Virus record (IMG/VR): IMGVR_UViG_3300035654_000005
Reading direction: 5' to 3' (one strand)
DNA from: an uncultured virus (IMG/VR IMGVR_UViG_3300035654_000005)
Lineage: Duplodnaviria; Heunggongvirae; Uroviricota; Caudoviricetes
Length of the DNA stretch: 64,000 bases
Shown here: in pieces, positions 10,289-19,907 of the stretch
How the letters are laid out: the number at the start of each line of letters is the position of its first letter
How positions within the stretch are numbered: the first letter of the stretch is position 1
Program-made: the position numbers and the translations under genes
The notes under the pieces: generated by a model
What the model was told of the DNA's origin: nothing
The model's database searches: none
The model's input: the letters and a program-made list of their open reading frames with translations, nothing else

Positions 10289-11842
10289 ATGGCTAAATGC
10301 AATACTGATAGAGTACCTAACTGCCCTACCCCTTCCAACTACTCCGATTGTCGTCCGTGGGATTTGACTGAGAGTGGAGATTCGTGCTTTATTGAAAATC
10401 AACTAATTCAAGCGGTTGAGATTGCAGGTGCACGTATAAACATCTATAAGTTGTTAGGTGTACATGAACAAAACGCATTACTCGATGTCACTGGACTAGG
10501 TACGCCTATCAGTGGCGGCGACCATCCTTCATTCCCTGCTAAAAATGCATATACTACGTTTGACACCAAATGGACATCTCGTCAAAGTGGAGATGCTGTT
10601 GCAGCATCTGCTTACTTAGGATATGACTTCGGTGTGGTTAAGTTGACATCTGGTCGCCGCAAATATGCAGTTCCAGCAGCAGTGCGATATAATATAGCCA
10701 CAATTCGTATCAAACAAAGTCCGATTGAATCAGAGCGAGTTACGAAAGCCCGTGTGGAACGATCTGATAATGGTACAGAATGGTATGGAGTTGCAATAAT
10801 CAACTTACCAAACACATCGAACCTTGAAACTATTTCATTCAAGCAAACTGTTCCGTCGAGATATTGGAGATTGCGTCCAGTTCAATTTGCAGGACCTACA
10901 TGCACTTCGTGGACAGTATTTGCGTTAGAAATGCACGAGTACGATCAAACCTCTCTTCAAAATATCGAAGATAAGATTTTATTTGAAAATCGCAATCGTG
11001 ATTATGACCAAACTGTACGTACGTTAAAGGGATATTACGATTTAATATCACCGTTCTCGTTGTTGATGAAGACTGGATTCAGTGTAGGAGCAACATCGTG
11101 GTCTATCAAGATACCCTTCGCAACAGCAGTAGCTACACTAAACCGTCCAATCATTATTGGTGATATACTTGAACTGCCTAGTGAGATACAGTACTCTCCA
11201 ACGCTACAACCGATTAAAAAGTACCTGGAAGTAACTGATGTTACATGGGATGCTACAACATACACGCCAGGATGGCAGCCGCTTATGCTGTTAATCACAG
11301 CTCGTCCAGCATTTGCATCACAAGAAACTCAAGATATATTTGGAGATTTAACTAAACACGTCGATACCTCTGGATTATTCAGTACGGACGACGGCAATTC
11401 TACAGCATATCAAGACTTTACGGCGATATCACACACCATTCGCAACCAAGCATTGACAGAAGTTCCTGAACTTGGCAGTGAAGGTTCAAATTCTGTCCGT
11501 GAATTTACTGAAGAAGAAATTGCAGAAGCTGCTCCGATTGGCAATTTGAAAAAGCTTAATTTCAATCGCACCCAACTATATGTTGAGGATGGATTGCCTC
11601 AAAACGGTGAACCATTCACTGAAGGGGTTGCTTTTCCACAGAACCCAAGCAATTTAGACTATCATAGATTGACGTATGATGGTTCTGCATCAGATGTACC
11701 AGCGCGCTTGTATAGATATTCTACTGCAAAGGGAACATGGGTGTATCTTGAATCAGATAAGCGCCAAGTATATAATAGTACAAAACCAACGTTGCAGGAA
11801 TACCTTGCATCTCCTACACGTAAATCACCGAGAGAAGTATAA
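10289..11842 (+). CDS. neck/head-completion protein (T4 gp14-like) with an inserted discoidin-like domain
   Basis: Between gp13 and gp15; IEDKILFENRNRDYD and LNRPIIIGDILELP motifs; insert with YLGYDFG, VERSDNGTEW, SRYWRL. Confidence 0.65.
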   Translation: MAKCNTDRVPNCPTPSNYSDCRPWDLTESGDSCFIENQLIQAVEIAGARINIYKLLGVHEQNALLDVTGLGTPISGGDHPSFPAKNAYTTFDTKWTSRQSGDAVAASAYLGYDFGVVKLTSGRRKYAVPAAVRYNIATIRIKQSPIESERVTKARVERSDNGTEWYGVAIINLPNTSNLETISFKQTVPSRYWRLRPVQFAGPTCTSWTVFALEMHEYDQTSLQNIEDKILFENRNRDYDQTVRTLKGYYDLISPFSLLMKTGFSVGATSWSIKIPFATAVATLNRPIIIGDILELPSEIQYSPTLQPIKKYLEVTDVTWDATTYTPGWQPLMLLITARPAFASQETQDIFGDLTKHVDTSGLFSTDDGNSTAYQDFTAISHTIRNQALTEVPELGSEGSNSVREFTEEEIAEAAPIGNLKKLNFNRTQLYVEDGLPQNGEPFTEGVAFPQNPSNLDYHRLTYDGSASDVPARLYRYSTAKGTWVYLESDKRQVYNSTKPTLQEYLASPTRKSPREV

Positions 11843-12609
11843 TGACCGAGAAAAACAAATACACGTATTACTACGATAGACAGTTGTACAGATACATTTT
11901 GCAGTTTATGTCGATATTCTCTGTTCTTCAGGTTAGTGTAGGTAAACGAGATGATCGAGAACCTGGCCTTATATCGGTCCCAATACATTATGGATCTCCT
12001 GATCGTGTCACCGCTGCGATCCTCGCTCAAAACACGCAAAACAGCCCGATACGCCTGCCTGCAATGTCAGCTTACTTGAGTGACGTAGACCTAGCACCAG
12101 AATTACGTAAAGGTGTAGGTGCTGAACGTCGAAATGTTGTGGTTCCAGTCGGAGGATTGCTTCCTGATGATGCTGAAGTAGTGTATCAACGCCAACCTGT
12201 TCCATACCATATCATGGTAGAGCTAACAGTGCACGTGAGCAACGTTGACCAGCAATGGCAAATCATGGAACAGATTACTACACTATTCGATCCTACAATC
12301 ACAATTCAAACGAGCGATAACTTATTTGATCCTGCTAAAATAACGTCCGTTGAGTTAGTTAATATTAAAATGGATGACGCAACCGCTCAAGAAGATACTC
12401 GCCTTATTCAAACAGTGTACGTGTTCAAGATTCCGGTATACCTGCAACTACCATCGAACATTAAACACAATATTGTTGAAACTATCAAAATGAGAGTTGG
12501 TATTGTAAACTCAAGCGTATCTATATCCGATGATATAGTACAGCAACTAGACACCGATATGGTAGACTACGAAACAATTCTATCTGCCCAAGATCTAACA
12601 TTTGATTGA
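11842..12609 (+). CDS. tail sheath stabiliser / tail terminator (T4 gp15-like)
   Basis: YYYDRQLYRYILQFMSIFS, VPIHYG, RLPAMS, PVPYHI, QIMEQITTLFDP. Confidence 0.85.
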   Translation: MTEKNKYTYYYDRQLYRYILQFMSIFSVLQVSVGKRDDREPGLISVPIHYGSPDRVTAAILAQNTQNSPIRLPAMSAYLSDVDLAPELRKGVGAERRNVVVPVGGLLPDDAEVVYQRQPVPYHIMVELTVHVSNVDQQWQIMEQITTLFDPTITIQTSDNLFDPAKITSVELVNIKMDDATAQEDTRLIQTVYVFKIPVYLQLPSNIKHNIVETIKMRVGIVNSSVSISDDIVQQLDTDMVDYETILSAQDLTFD

Positions 12610-12912
12610 TCTATTAGCCGCACTACACTTATTGCTACAATAAGTTGAGTACGTATGTTTATATACACCAGATAAACGCATTTGCAACGGCTTCTTGCAC
12701 ATTCGACACTCAGGTTGATGTGTTACACCCAATATTAATGAATAAATGCGTTCACGTGGGGTAGCATTTGTTTTAAAAAAGCTGGTATACCGAATAACCA
12801 TCTGCATTAGTTCAGGATAACGATTTAATACTTTCTTGTACTGCCTACCTAACCCTCCGTTGTGTAAAACTTTATGTGCTGCAAGTAATCCCAATACATG
12901 TGATGTTAACAT
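12595..12912 (-). CDS. small Cys-rich (zinc-binding) hypothetical protein; likely start ATG 12912
   Basis: GGAGG RBS before ATG 12912; minus-strand TATAAATA at 12935-12942; CRMC...YCSNKC. Confidence 0.6.
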   Translation of the reverse strand: MLTSHVLGLLAAHKVLHNGGLGRQYKKVLNRYPELMQMVIRYTSFFKTNATPRERIYSLILGVTHQPECRMCKKPLQMRLSGVYKHTYSTYCSNKCSAANRSIKC

Positions 12913-12934
12913 ATCTTCCTCCACAGTTCCTCGA

Positions 12935-12977
12935 TATTTATACATTAGACAGAAAAATCAGCGCAAGGGTATAAATA
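12935..12977. promoter_or_regulatory. divergent pair of T4-type late promoters
   Basis: TATAAATA on the minus strand at 12935-12942 and on the plus strand at 12970-12977. Confidence 0.65.
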
Positions 12978-13005
12978 CATGTAACTTTAATAAAGGACAT
13001 ATATT

Positions 13006-14733
13006 ATGGCAAATTTAATTTCACCAGGCGTATCGGTAACCATCACGGATGATTCATTCTTCATTCCAGCCGCTGCTACTACAATTCCTCTGTTGTTTAT
13101 TGCAACTGCTGACGAAAAAACTCGTCCAGACGGCATAACTGCAGCAGCAGGTACTTACGAATCTAACGTAATCCGTACAGTAACATCACTACGTCAAAGT
13201 ACAGAATTATATGGTGTACCACGCTTCTTGCAAGACTCAAATGGTCAGCAACAACATGGTGATGCACGTAACGAGTACGGTCTATTTGGTTTGAACCAAG
13301 CGTTGGGCGTTCTTGATCTTGCATATGTAGTTCGTGCTAACGTAAACCTTAATGATAACATCGAAGATATCCGCGATATGTGGGATGGTGCTTTTGTTCA
13401 AGCTAGTGCAGTATTAGAAAACTTAGCAAATGCTTATCTAAACGAATACAATGAAACAAATAACTTAACTCCATCTAACATTAACTATAAAGTTACGATC
13501 AACCGTGCTACTTTCATTTCGTTAGCTACACAAGCAGTTTCTACAATCTGGCAGAAATTCTCTTTCAGAACACTGCAAGATGATTTCATCAACGATCACA
13601 CATCTTCACCATTTGACATCTATGGTAGTGGCTTTAATAATGCACCTACAAGCACTTTCCTTGGTTTAGTTGGTATCTCTCTTGATTGGGTAGCAAACTT
13701 AGACGGTGCTGTAGTTGGCGCTGAGTGGACTCCTGAAGAAGCAGCTAACACATTAGTTGGTGCTGCTGATCAATTAAAATATACGTTGCAATTCTCATAC
13801 CAAACAAGTTTGGGTGCTAATGATGCTGCACGTCGCGTTTCAATCGTAACTGCACTTCAAGCTGCTATCAACAGCAACACAGATATTCGTTCAGAACAAT
13901 ATGAATACAACTTGATCTTGTGTCCAGGCTTCCACGAAGTTGCTGACGAGTTGGTTAACTTGGCTGTAGACGTAAACGAAGAAGCATTTGTAATTGCTGA
14001 TACACCAATGAACCTAGATCCAGATGCAGTAGTAACATGGGCAGCTACAACAGCACGTGCAGTGAACCGCAACGTTGCTTACTACTACCCACACGGCCTT
14101 GCTTCAAACTTAGACGGTGTTAATGTATTCTGTGCAGCTTCTGGTATTATCTTGCGCGTTATTGCTTACAGTGATGAAGTATCTGAATTGTGGTTTGCAC
14201 CAGCAGGTACACGTCGTGGTATCGTTACTGGTGTATCAGATGTAGGTTACGTATCAGGTACCTTGGGTATGGCAACAACATTTGTACCAGTGGCTTTGAG
14301 TACAGGTCAAAAGAACAACCTATACAAATACTTTACAAACGTCAACCCGATTGCTTTCATTCCTGGTCGCGGTATCTTGGTAATGGGTCAAAAAACTTCT
14401 TCACCAGATGCATCTGCGTTGGATCGTATCAACGTAGTTCGTTTGTTGGGTTACATTAAACGTCAGTTGCGTAAAAACAGCTTACCGTTTGTGTTCCAAC
14501 CAAACGATCAACTAACTCGCGATTCATTGAAAGCAGCAGTTGATGGATTCTTGGGTGATTTGATTGTTAAACGTGGCTTGTACGACTTTGCGACGGTGTG
14601 TGACGGTTCAAACAATACACCAGATCGTATCGATCGTAGTGAATTGTATTTAGACATTGCTTTGAAACCAGTAAAAGCAGCTGAGTTTATTTACATCCCA
14701 ATCCGCGTAGTAACAACAGGCGCAGAGCTGTAA
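13006..14733 (+). CDS. tail sheath protein (T4 gp18-like)
   Basis: LISPGVSVTITD N-terminus, WFAPAGTRRG, LDRINVVRL, FQPND, NNTPDRIDRSELYLDIALKPVKAAEFIYIPI. Confidence 0.95.
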   Translation: MANLISPGVSVTITDDSFFIPAAATTIPLLFIATADEKTRPDGITAAAGTYESNVIRTVTSLRQSTELYGVPRFLQDSNGQQQHGDARNEYGLFGLNQALGVLDLAYVVRANVNLNDNIEDIRDMWDGAFVQASAVLENLANAYLNEYNETNNLTPSNINYKVTINRATFISLATQAVSTIWQKFSFRTLQDDFINDHTSSPFDIYGSGFNNAPTSTFLGLVGISLDWVANLDGAVVGAEWTPEEAANTLVGAADQLKYTLQFSYQTSLGANDAARRVSIVTALQAAINSNTDIRSEQYEYNLILCPGFHEVADELVNLAVDVNEEAFVIADTPMNLDPDAVVTWAATTARAVNRNVAYYYPHGLASNLDGVNVFCAASGIILRVIAYSDEVSELWFAPAGTRRGIVTGVSDVGYVSGTLGMATTFVPVALSTGQKNNLYKYFTNVNPIAFIPGRGILVMGQKTSSPDASALDRINVVRLLGYIKRQLRKNSLPFVFQPNDQLTRDSLKAAVDGFLGDLIVKRGLYDFATVCDGSNNTPDRIDRSELYLDIALKPVKAAEFIYIPIRVVTTGAEL

Positions 14734-14745
14734 TAGAAGTAAACT

Positions 14746-14781
14746 AAAAAGAAAAAGGGCCTATAGGCCCTTTTTCTTTTT
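14746..14781. terminator. bidirectional intrinsic terminator
   Basis: AAAAAGAAAAAGGGCC-TATA-GGCCCTTTTTCTTTTT between convergent genes. Confidence 0.9.
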
Positions 14782-16717
14782 ACTGCAGTGCTGCCAAGTT
14801 GTTAGCAGCAGGATAGAATGGAGGAGCGCCTGCAGGCAGTCTTCCCAATTTAAGTGGTATAGCAACGTGTGTTGTGATGTATTCATTTAACTGATTGCGA
14901 TTTTGAGCACGCACGTAATACTGACTACTACGACCACTAGCTAAACATCTATTAATAATAGACATTTTTATATCATTACCACTCAGCATCATCTTAATAG
15001 ATTGTGCAGCTTTTAGTAAGTGTTGATCGACTACTGGTTGATTCTCTGCTAACCAATGTTGCCTGATGGTGATCATAGACGACGTCTCACGATCTACACC
15101 AAATTCAACCGTTGATCTAGTATCTGGTTCATCCAATTTTGTAATTGAGAAAATAATACTAGTACCAGCAGCTACTCGACTGGCATACCCACCCACACAA
15201 TGCCTCATTGCACTACCTTCTTCATATAGATCTCCAGATGTTACGATCTGTCTCACCAAACATCCATCTAAACTCATATCACCAAAGTAGTGAACAGCCT
15301 CTAACTCTTTAGCTTCTTGCTTATTCTGCTCATGTCTCAAAGCCGCAGCCGCCACATCCTGAGCCGCCCTATAATCAACAATTACGTCGTGGTGACGATG
15401 TGTTACCAGTGCAATCTTCGCTAGAGACGTCGGCATCTTATACCCAGCAGATTCAATTGCGTTAAAGCTATCTGATATCAACCGTGCAAACGTAATCCAG
15501 CCGTGTTTGCGTCTCGCTAACGTCTTAGGAATTAACCCCATGTACTCGTTATACGCCAATCTAAATCCAATGTTGTTGATTTGGTACAGTTTATTGTCCA
15601 GCTTGAGGTCAACCTCGCGCAACACCATCATCATACGCAAATCTCTGTACGACCTAGGAACAACTCCTAATCTGATCCAATCTACTACGTTTGAAGCCCC
15701 TGGAATAGCCCCGTTGACAGCATTAGCAGTATTTCGCGTTCTGCTAGTCTCCCACTTGCTACTAGCTTTCTCAGCTTGGTTAAATCGATGCCAATCTTGA
15801 ACTGTTTGACATTCCGCTATGGGGGTGTATTTGATTGAAGATTTAATGCCAGATGCTATCCGATTTGATCTGAATAACTTGTTCAAAAATGTCGCGTGAA
15901 CTGGATCAGAGCCTAAATCTTGAACAACCATCTCTTTGAACGATACACCCTCTTTAATTAGAGAGAATGATAAGTTAGTGTACGGATAGCTCTGATAGAT
16001 CGATAAGAACTGCGACAGCCTTAAAAACTCTTCAGGAGTTGCAACAGCCAGTTCGTTATATAACTGAATATCAAATAACATAGCCTTATTCAACACTTTC
16101 ATTATAACTGGATCAAGCTGTTTTCTAAAACGCATCATTGCATTCTGGTAACTAAATCTGAGTTGTCCTCTATGCGACGCATACACTCGCTCACTGATCC
16201 CGTGGTATACACCTCTACGACCTGCACTCATCACCCCATCGACTGGTTCCGCAATCTGACTACTTGCGTATTGTTTACTGAAAGGATTGAGATTGTTAAA
16301 GTATCGCATTTCAGACCAGCAAAATTCCCCACCAGCAAATCTAAGGTTGGAGTTGTTCATCATTACAAACAGATCACGATGATCTAGCGATTCGTTGTCA
16401 CTCGATCGCAAAATGGGAGATACGTAATTTGAGAGTAAATCAACCTTCGTTTTATCCTCATCCGTTAGCACACCATGGCGTATGAGTTTAGTTTCAGAAT
16501 CAACCGTTAGAATTACGTGAGGATTGGTTACGCCCTTACATAACTGTATTTTACCTTCATGCGTTCGAACGTGAAAATACGCTTGGTCGTTGACATTCAT
16601 ATACGCCTCAACAAATGCCTCTTCTGACGCGTAATGGTTAATTCGATACTGTTCATCAATACGTGTAATGTACTTGTTGTATAGGTTTCGAGGGATGTGA
16701 GGTGAACCAATATTCAT
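14780..16717 (-). CDS. PcfJ-like domain protein (likely start ATG 16717)
   Basis: C-terminal LYEEGSAMRHCVGGYASRVAAGTSIIFSI...STVEF...IRQHWLAENQ is a PcfJ-like motif; has its own promoter. Confidence 0.72.
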   Translation of the reverse strand: MNIGSPHIPRNLYNKYITRIDEQYRINHYASEEAFVEAYMNVNDQAYFHVRTHEGKIQLCKGVTNPHVILTVDSETKLIRHGVLTDEDKTKVDLLSNYVSPILRSSDNESLDHRDLFVMMNNSNLRFAGGEFCWSEMRYFNNLNPFSKQYASSQIAEPVDGVMSAGRRGVYHGISERVYASHRGQLRFSYQNAMMRFRKQLDPVIMKVLNKAMLFDIQLYNELAVATPEEFLRLSQFLSIYQSYPYTNLSFSLIKEGVSFKEMVVQDLGSDPVHATFLNKLFRSNRIASGIKSSIKYTPIAECQTVQDWHRFNQAEKASSKWETSRTRNTANAVNGAIPGASNVVDWIRLGVVPRSYRDLRMMMVLREVDLKLDNKLYQINNIGFRLAYNEYMGLIPKTLARRKHGWITFARLISDSFNAIESAGYKMPTSLAKIALVTHRHHDVIVDYRAAQDVAAAALRHEQNKQEAKELEAVHYFGDMSLDGCLVRQIVTSGDLYEEGSAMRHCVGGYASRVAAGTSIIFSITKLDEPDTRSTVEFGVDRETSSMITIRQHWLAENQPVVDQHLLKAAQSIKMMLSGNDIKMSIINRCLASGRSSQYYVRAQNRNQLNEYITTHVAIPLKLGRLPAGAPPFYPAANNLAALQ

Positions 16718-16745
16718 AATGTGTGACCTAAAAGTAATACAACAC

Positions 16746-16774
16746 ATTATAGATAGGGTACACCAAGACGTCAA
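16746..16774 (-). promoter_or_regulatory. sigma70-like promoter for the PcfJ-like gene
   Basis: Minus strand TTGACG-17 nt-TATAAT. Confidence 0.75.
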
Positions 16775-16866
16775 CACACCCAATCATAGTACTTATTTTT
16801 CCAGGGTAACTGGTGATAAGATAATAAATACTTGACAGAATAACAATAACACAGGAGTTTTAACAC

Positions 16867-17457
16867 ATGTCAACCATTAATGACTTTGGTATCCCAGGAG
16901 TAGGTACAGGTATCCTGCATCCTAAACAACAAAACAGATGGAGAGTTACGTTTGCCAACTTAGGTGGTGGTGCTGACAGTCAACCTGTTTCAATGCAAGC
17001 CGTAAAGATCAATCGCCCACAATTGTCATACCAAGAGGTTGAGCTTCACCGTTACAACTCAGTAGCGTATGTCGCTGGTAAACACAAATGGGAGCCGTTG
17101 AACTTAACACTTGAAGATGACGTAACTGGTTCTTCTTCACAAGTATTGCAAGCTCAACAACAAAAACAACAATGGTTAATCGGTGCTGAAGGCCAATGGT
17201 TAGCTGCTGCTGGTGAAGGTTCACTATACAAATTCGTTACTTACCTAGATCAACTTGATGGTAATGAGCAAGTAGTTGAAAAATGGACCATTGAAGGTTG
17301 CTGGATCTTAAATCAAAACTGGGGTGAGTTGGACTACTCTACTGGTGAGGCTGTTAAGATCGAATTGCAATTGCGCTTCGACCATGCTCGCCAAGCTCTT
17401 GGTGGATATAAACAGGGTCCTGGTGTTGCTACTGGTGGTGCTGGTTTAATCGGTTAA
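16867..17457 (+). CDS. tail tube protein (T4 gp19-like)
   Basis: HPKQQNRWRVTF, YVAGKHKWEPLNLTLEDD, WTIEGCW, GELDYS, LRFDHA; late motif AATAAATA at 16823-16830. Confidence 0.9.
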   Translation: MSTINDFGIPGVGTGILHPKQQNRWRVTFANLGGGADSQPVSMQAVKINRPQLSYQEVELHRYNSVAYVAGKHKWEPLNLTLEDDVTGSSSQVLQAQQQKQQWLIGAEGQWLAAAGEGSLYKFVTYLDQLDGNEQVVEKWTIEGCWILNQNWGELDYSTGEAVKIELQLRFDHARQALGGYKQGPGVATGGAGLIG

Positions 17458-17478
17458 TGTCAACATAGTCACACAACT

Positions 17479-17504
17479 AAATAGCCTCTAACGAGGCTAT
17501 TTTT
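17479..17504 (+). terminator. intrinsic terminator
   Basis: AAATAGCCTC-TAAC-GAGGCTATTTTT. Confidence 0.85.
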
Positions 17505-17550
17505 ATTTGTACCATATGATATAAATACTTATTATTAAAGAGATTCATTA

Positions 17551-18930
17551 ATGGCTGATCCACGTAGTAACTTATTCTCAGTAAAACCATGCCCACCTGC
17601 AAACCTTGGAAAAAGCTTTGCAGCGATTAGCACTGCAACACAAGAACGTAAAGACTTCTTTGGCTCACTTGGGAAGATAGGCGATATTGAAGTATTAAAC
17701 GATATTGGCGCAAGTAAAATTGGACAAGGACTACGTACATTAGCTAGTGTTTCAAACACTATTCGTCAAGGTTGTGGATCGTTGCCTACGAGTATTGGTA
17801 GTTCGATTGGCGGTGGGTTAGATTCAGGAGTAGGTTGGGTCCTTGATAACGTAGGTATCGCACGTACTGCTGTTGATACTGTGCGACAATTCAATCCAGG
17901 TATTGCTAACCAAGGATACGGGCAAGCTAAAGCTATATTTGAAAAAGTAAAACAAGGTGATTTTAAAACTACTGACATTCCTGGCTCCCTGCAAGATCTG
18001 CAAAACTTGGAGCGCCTAGCTAGAAACATATTCACTCCATCCAGCTCAGACAACAAACGTTTAACAGAACGCTGTGAAGCATCACCATATGCGGTTGACC
18101 TAATATCACGTGCCCCTAAATATAAATTTTTATTTGTGGTACAAGTTATATGTAATGATGGATACAGTGAATTGAATGAGCTTGACTTCGCATTCGTAGT
18201 AAAGAAATCAACACGTCCTTCTGTTACGTTCCAAACGGAAGAAGTAAACTACTACAACTTCCGCTCAAAATACAACACAAAAACAGATTTTGAAGACATG
18301 GAGATGACTTTCCACGACGATATTCAAAACTATACTACACGATTTTATGCTGCTTACATGCGCGCCATGAGCCCAATTACCAATATGACGAGTTTGCAAA
18401 ATCCGTCAGAATATGGTATGGATTTTGACCAGTCTGTGATAGGTGGTAACCCATCGACGAATCCAATCGAACAGACAATCAACAACAATTACTACACAGC
18501 ATCACGCGGCCCGTTGGCAAACGGGCAAGAACAAATTATCCAAGAAATTAGATTGTTCCATGTATTTGATTATGGTCAGAAAATGAACGTATATCGTTTC
18601 TTCAACCCACGTATTTCAACATTTACGTTAGATAACGTGGATATGTCTGTTGGTGATGAAGGTAACGAATTGTCTATGAAGTTTAACTACGATTCGGTGT
18701 ATGTTGATACAGACGTGCCGATGGATTCACAAGAGTATGGTATTGCTGATAGAAGTCGCAACGCCGTATATCCATTGCGTTACAACGATGGTACATCAAC
18801 AGGACCTACTAATAGTCCATCAGGTGCTACAGGTAAGCCTCAATCAGGCAACAGCTCATGTGATACCAACATTAATACCAAAAATCCACCTCTTAGTTCA
18901 GGTGGCGGATTTGGTGGAGGTATTATATAA
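17551..18930 (+). CDS. tube-fold baseplate / tail tube initiator (gp48/gp54-like)
   Basis: PKYKFLFVV, STRPSVTFQTEEVNYYN, MEMTFHDD and MKFNYDS resemble the gp19-family fold; TATAAATA at 17520-17527. Confidence 0.6.
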   Translation: MADPRSNLFSVKPCPPANLGKSFAAISTATQERKDFFGSLGKIGDIEVLNDIGASKIGQGLRTLASVSNTIRQGCGSLPTSIGSSIGGGLDSGVGWVLDNVGIARTAVDTVRQFNPGIANQGYGQAKAIFEKVKQGDFKTTDIPGSLQDLQNLERLARNIFTPSSSDNKRLTERCEASPYAVDLISRAPKYKFLFVVQVICNDGYSELNELDFAFVVKKSTRPSVTFQTEEVNYYNFRSKYNTKTDFEDMEMTFHDDIQNYTTRFYAAYMRAMSPITNMTSLQNPSEYGMDFDQSVIGGNPSTNPIEQTINNNYYTASRGPLANGQEQIIQEIRLFHVFDYGQKMNVYRFFNPRISTFTLDNVDMSVGDEGNELSMKFNYDSVYVDTDVPMDSQEYGIADRSRNAVYPLRYNDGTSTGPTNSPSGATGKPQSGNSSCDTNINTKNPPLSSGGGFGGGII

Positions 18931-19370
18931 TGGCTAATAACTTCATGCAAGGTTATTACGAACTAAAACATCCTGAGAAGTACATTGGAGATCCTGCAAA
19001 GATTCGCTTTATGTCATCTTGGGAGTTTGAGACGCACAAGTTCTTCGATAACAATGCCAGAGTAGTGAAGTGGTCCTCGGAACCATTTGGTATTCCGTAT
19101 TTAAAACCAACCACTGGAAAAGTACACAAGTACTTTGTTGATTACTATTGTGAGTATATTGACGCCAACGGAGAAATACATAAAGAACTCATCGAAGTAA
19201 AACCGATGAGTCAAGTAAAAGCTCCAACGAACCGTGGCAATATGAAGAATCGAGCATACGCTGAAGTAATGCACCACATCAATGTAGCAAAGTGGAATGC
19301 AGCAATTGCATACTGCAAAGAACACAACATGACCTTTCGTATCATTACAGAAAACTCCATATTCAAATAA
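18930..19370 (+). CDS. head completion nuclease (T4 gp4-like, TnsA-type)
   Basis: HPEKYIGD, MSSWE, WSSE, IPY, YFVD, LIEVKP, AKWNAA, FRIITE. Confidence 0.92.
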   Translation: MANNFMQGYYELKHPEKYIGDPAKIRFMSSWEFETHKFFDNNARVVKWSSEPFGIPYLKPTTGKVHKYFVDYYCEYIDANGEIHKELIEVKPMSQVKAPTNRGNMKNRAYAEVMHHINVAKWNAAIAYCKEHNMTFRIITENSIFK

Positions 19371-19433
19371 CCTGATAGGGTTACTCATATTCTATTCGAG
19401 TAAATATCTTACAGAACACGGAGATACACTGGA

Positions 19434-19907
19434 ATGAAACGCATCACTACAGAAAAACCAACCACCCATCCACTCGAAGAAGCTTTTGGAATCGAAAGCG
19501 GCACAACTATGATTGAATACTCAACAGGAGTAATCGAACCAGTTGTATCTCTACCAGACTATGATGAGAAGGATAATGAGATCGAAGGTAAGCTAGAAGA
19601 AATTTACTCTGTAGCTATGAATCAGGTAATGATAGTTGCTGACGAGATTGAACGCGTAGAAGGTAAGTTCAAAGCCCGCATGGGTGAAGTAACTGCTACA
19701 ATGCTAAACGTTGCTCTTGGTGCTGTTCGTGAAAAAACAATTCTTAAAATCCATAAAGATAAATTAATGACGGAAAAAACAAATACTGCTCAACAACGTG
19801 GTGGAGTAGTAAACAACAACTTAGTAGTTACTGCAGATCGTAATGAAATATTGAAGATGTTGATGGGTCAAGAAAAAGAACAAAACCGCACGGATGGTGA
19901 AGAATAA
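19434..19907 (+). CDS. putative terminase small subunit (gp16-like)
   Basis: Directly upstream of and coupled to the large terminase; C-terminal VNNNLVVTADRNEILKML resembles the gp16 tail. Confidence 0.55.
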   Translation: MKRITTEKPTTHPLEEAFGIESGTTMIEYSTGVIEPVVSLPDYDEKDNEIEGKLEEIYSVAMNQVMIVADEIERVEGKFKARMGEVTATMLNVALGAVREKTILKIHKDKLMTEKTNTAQQRGGVVNNNLVVTADRNEILKMLMGQEKEQNRTDGEE

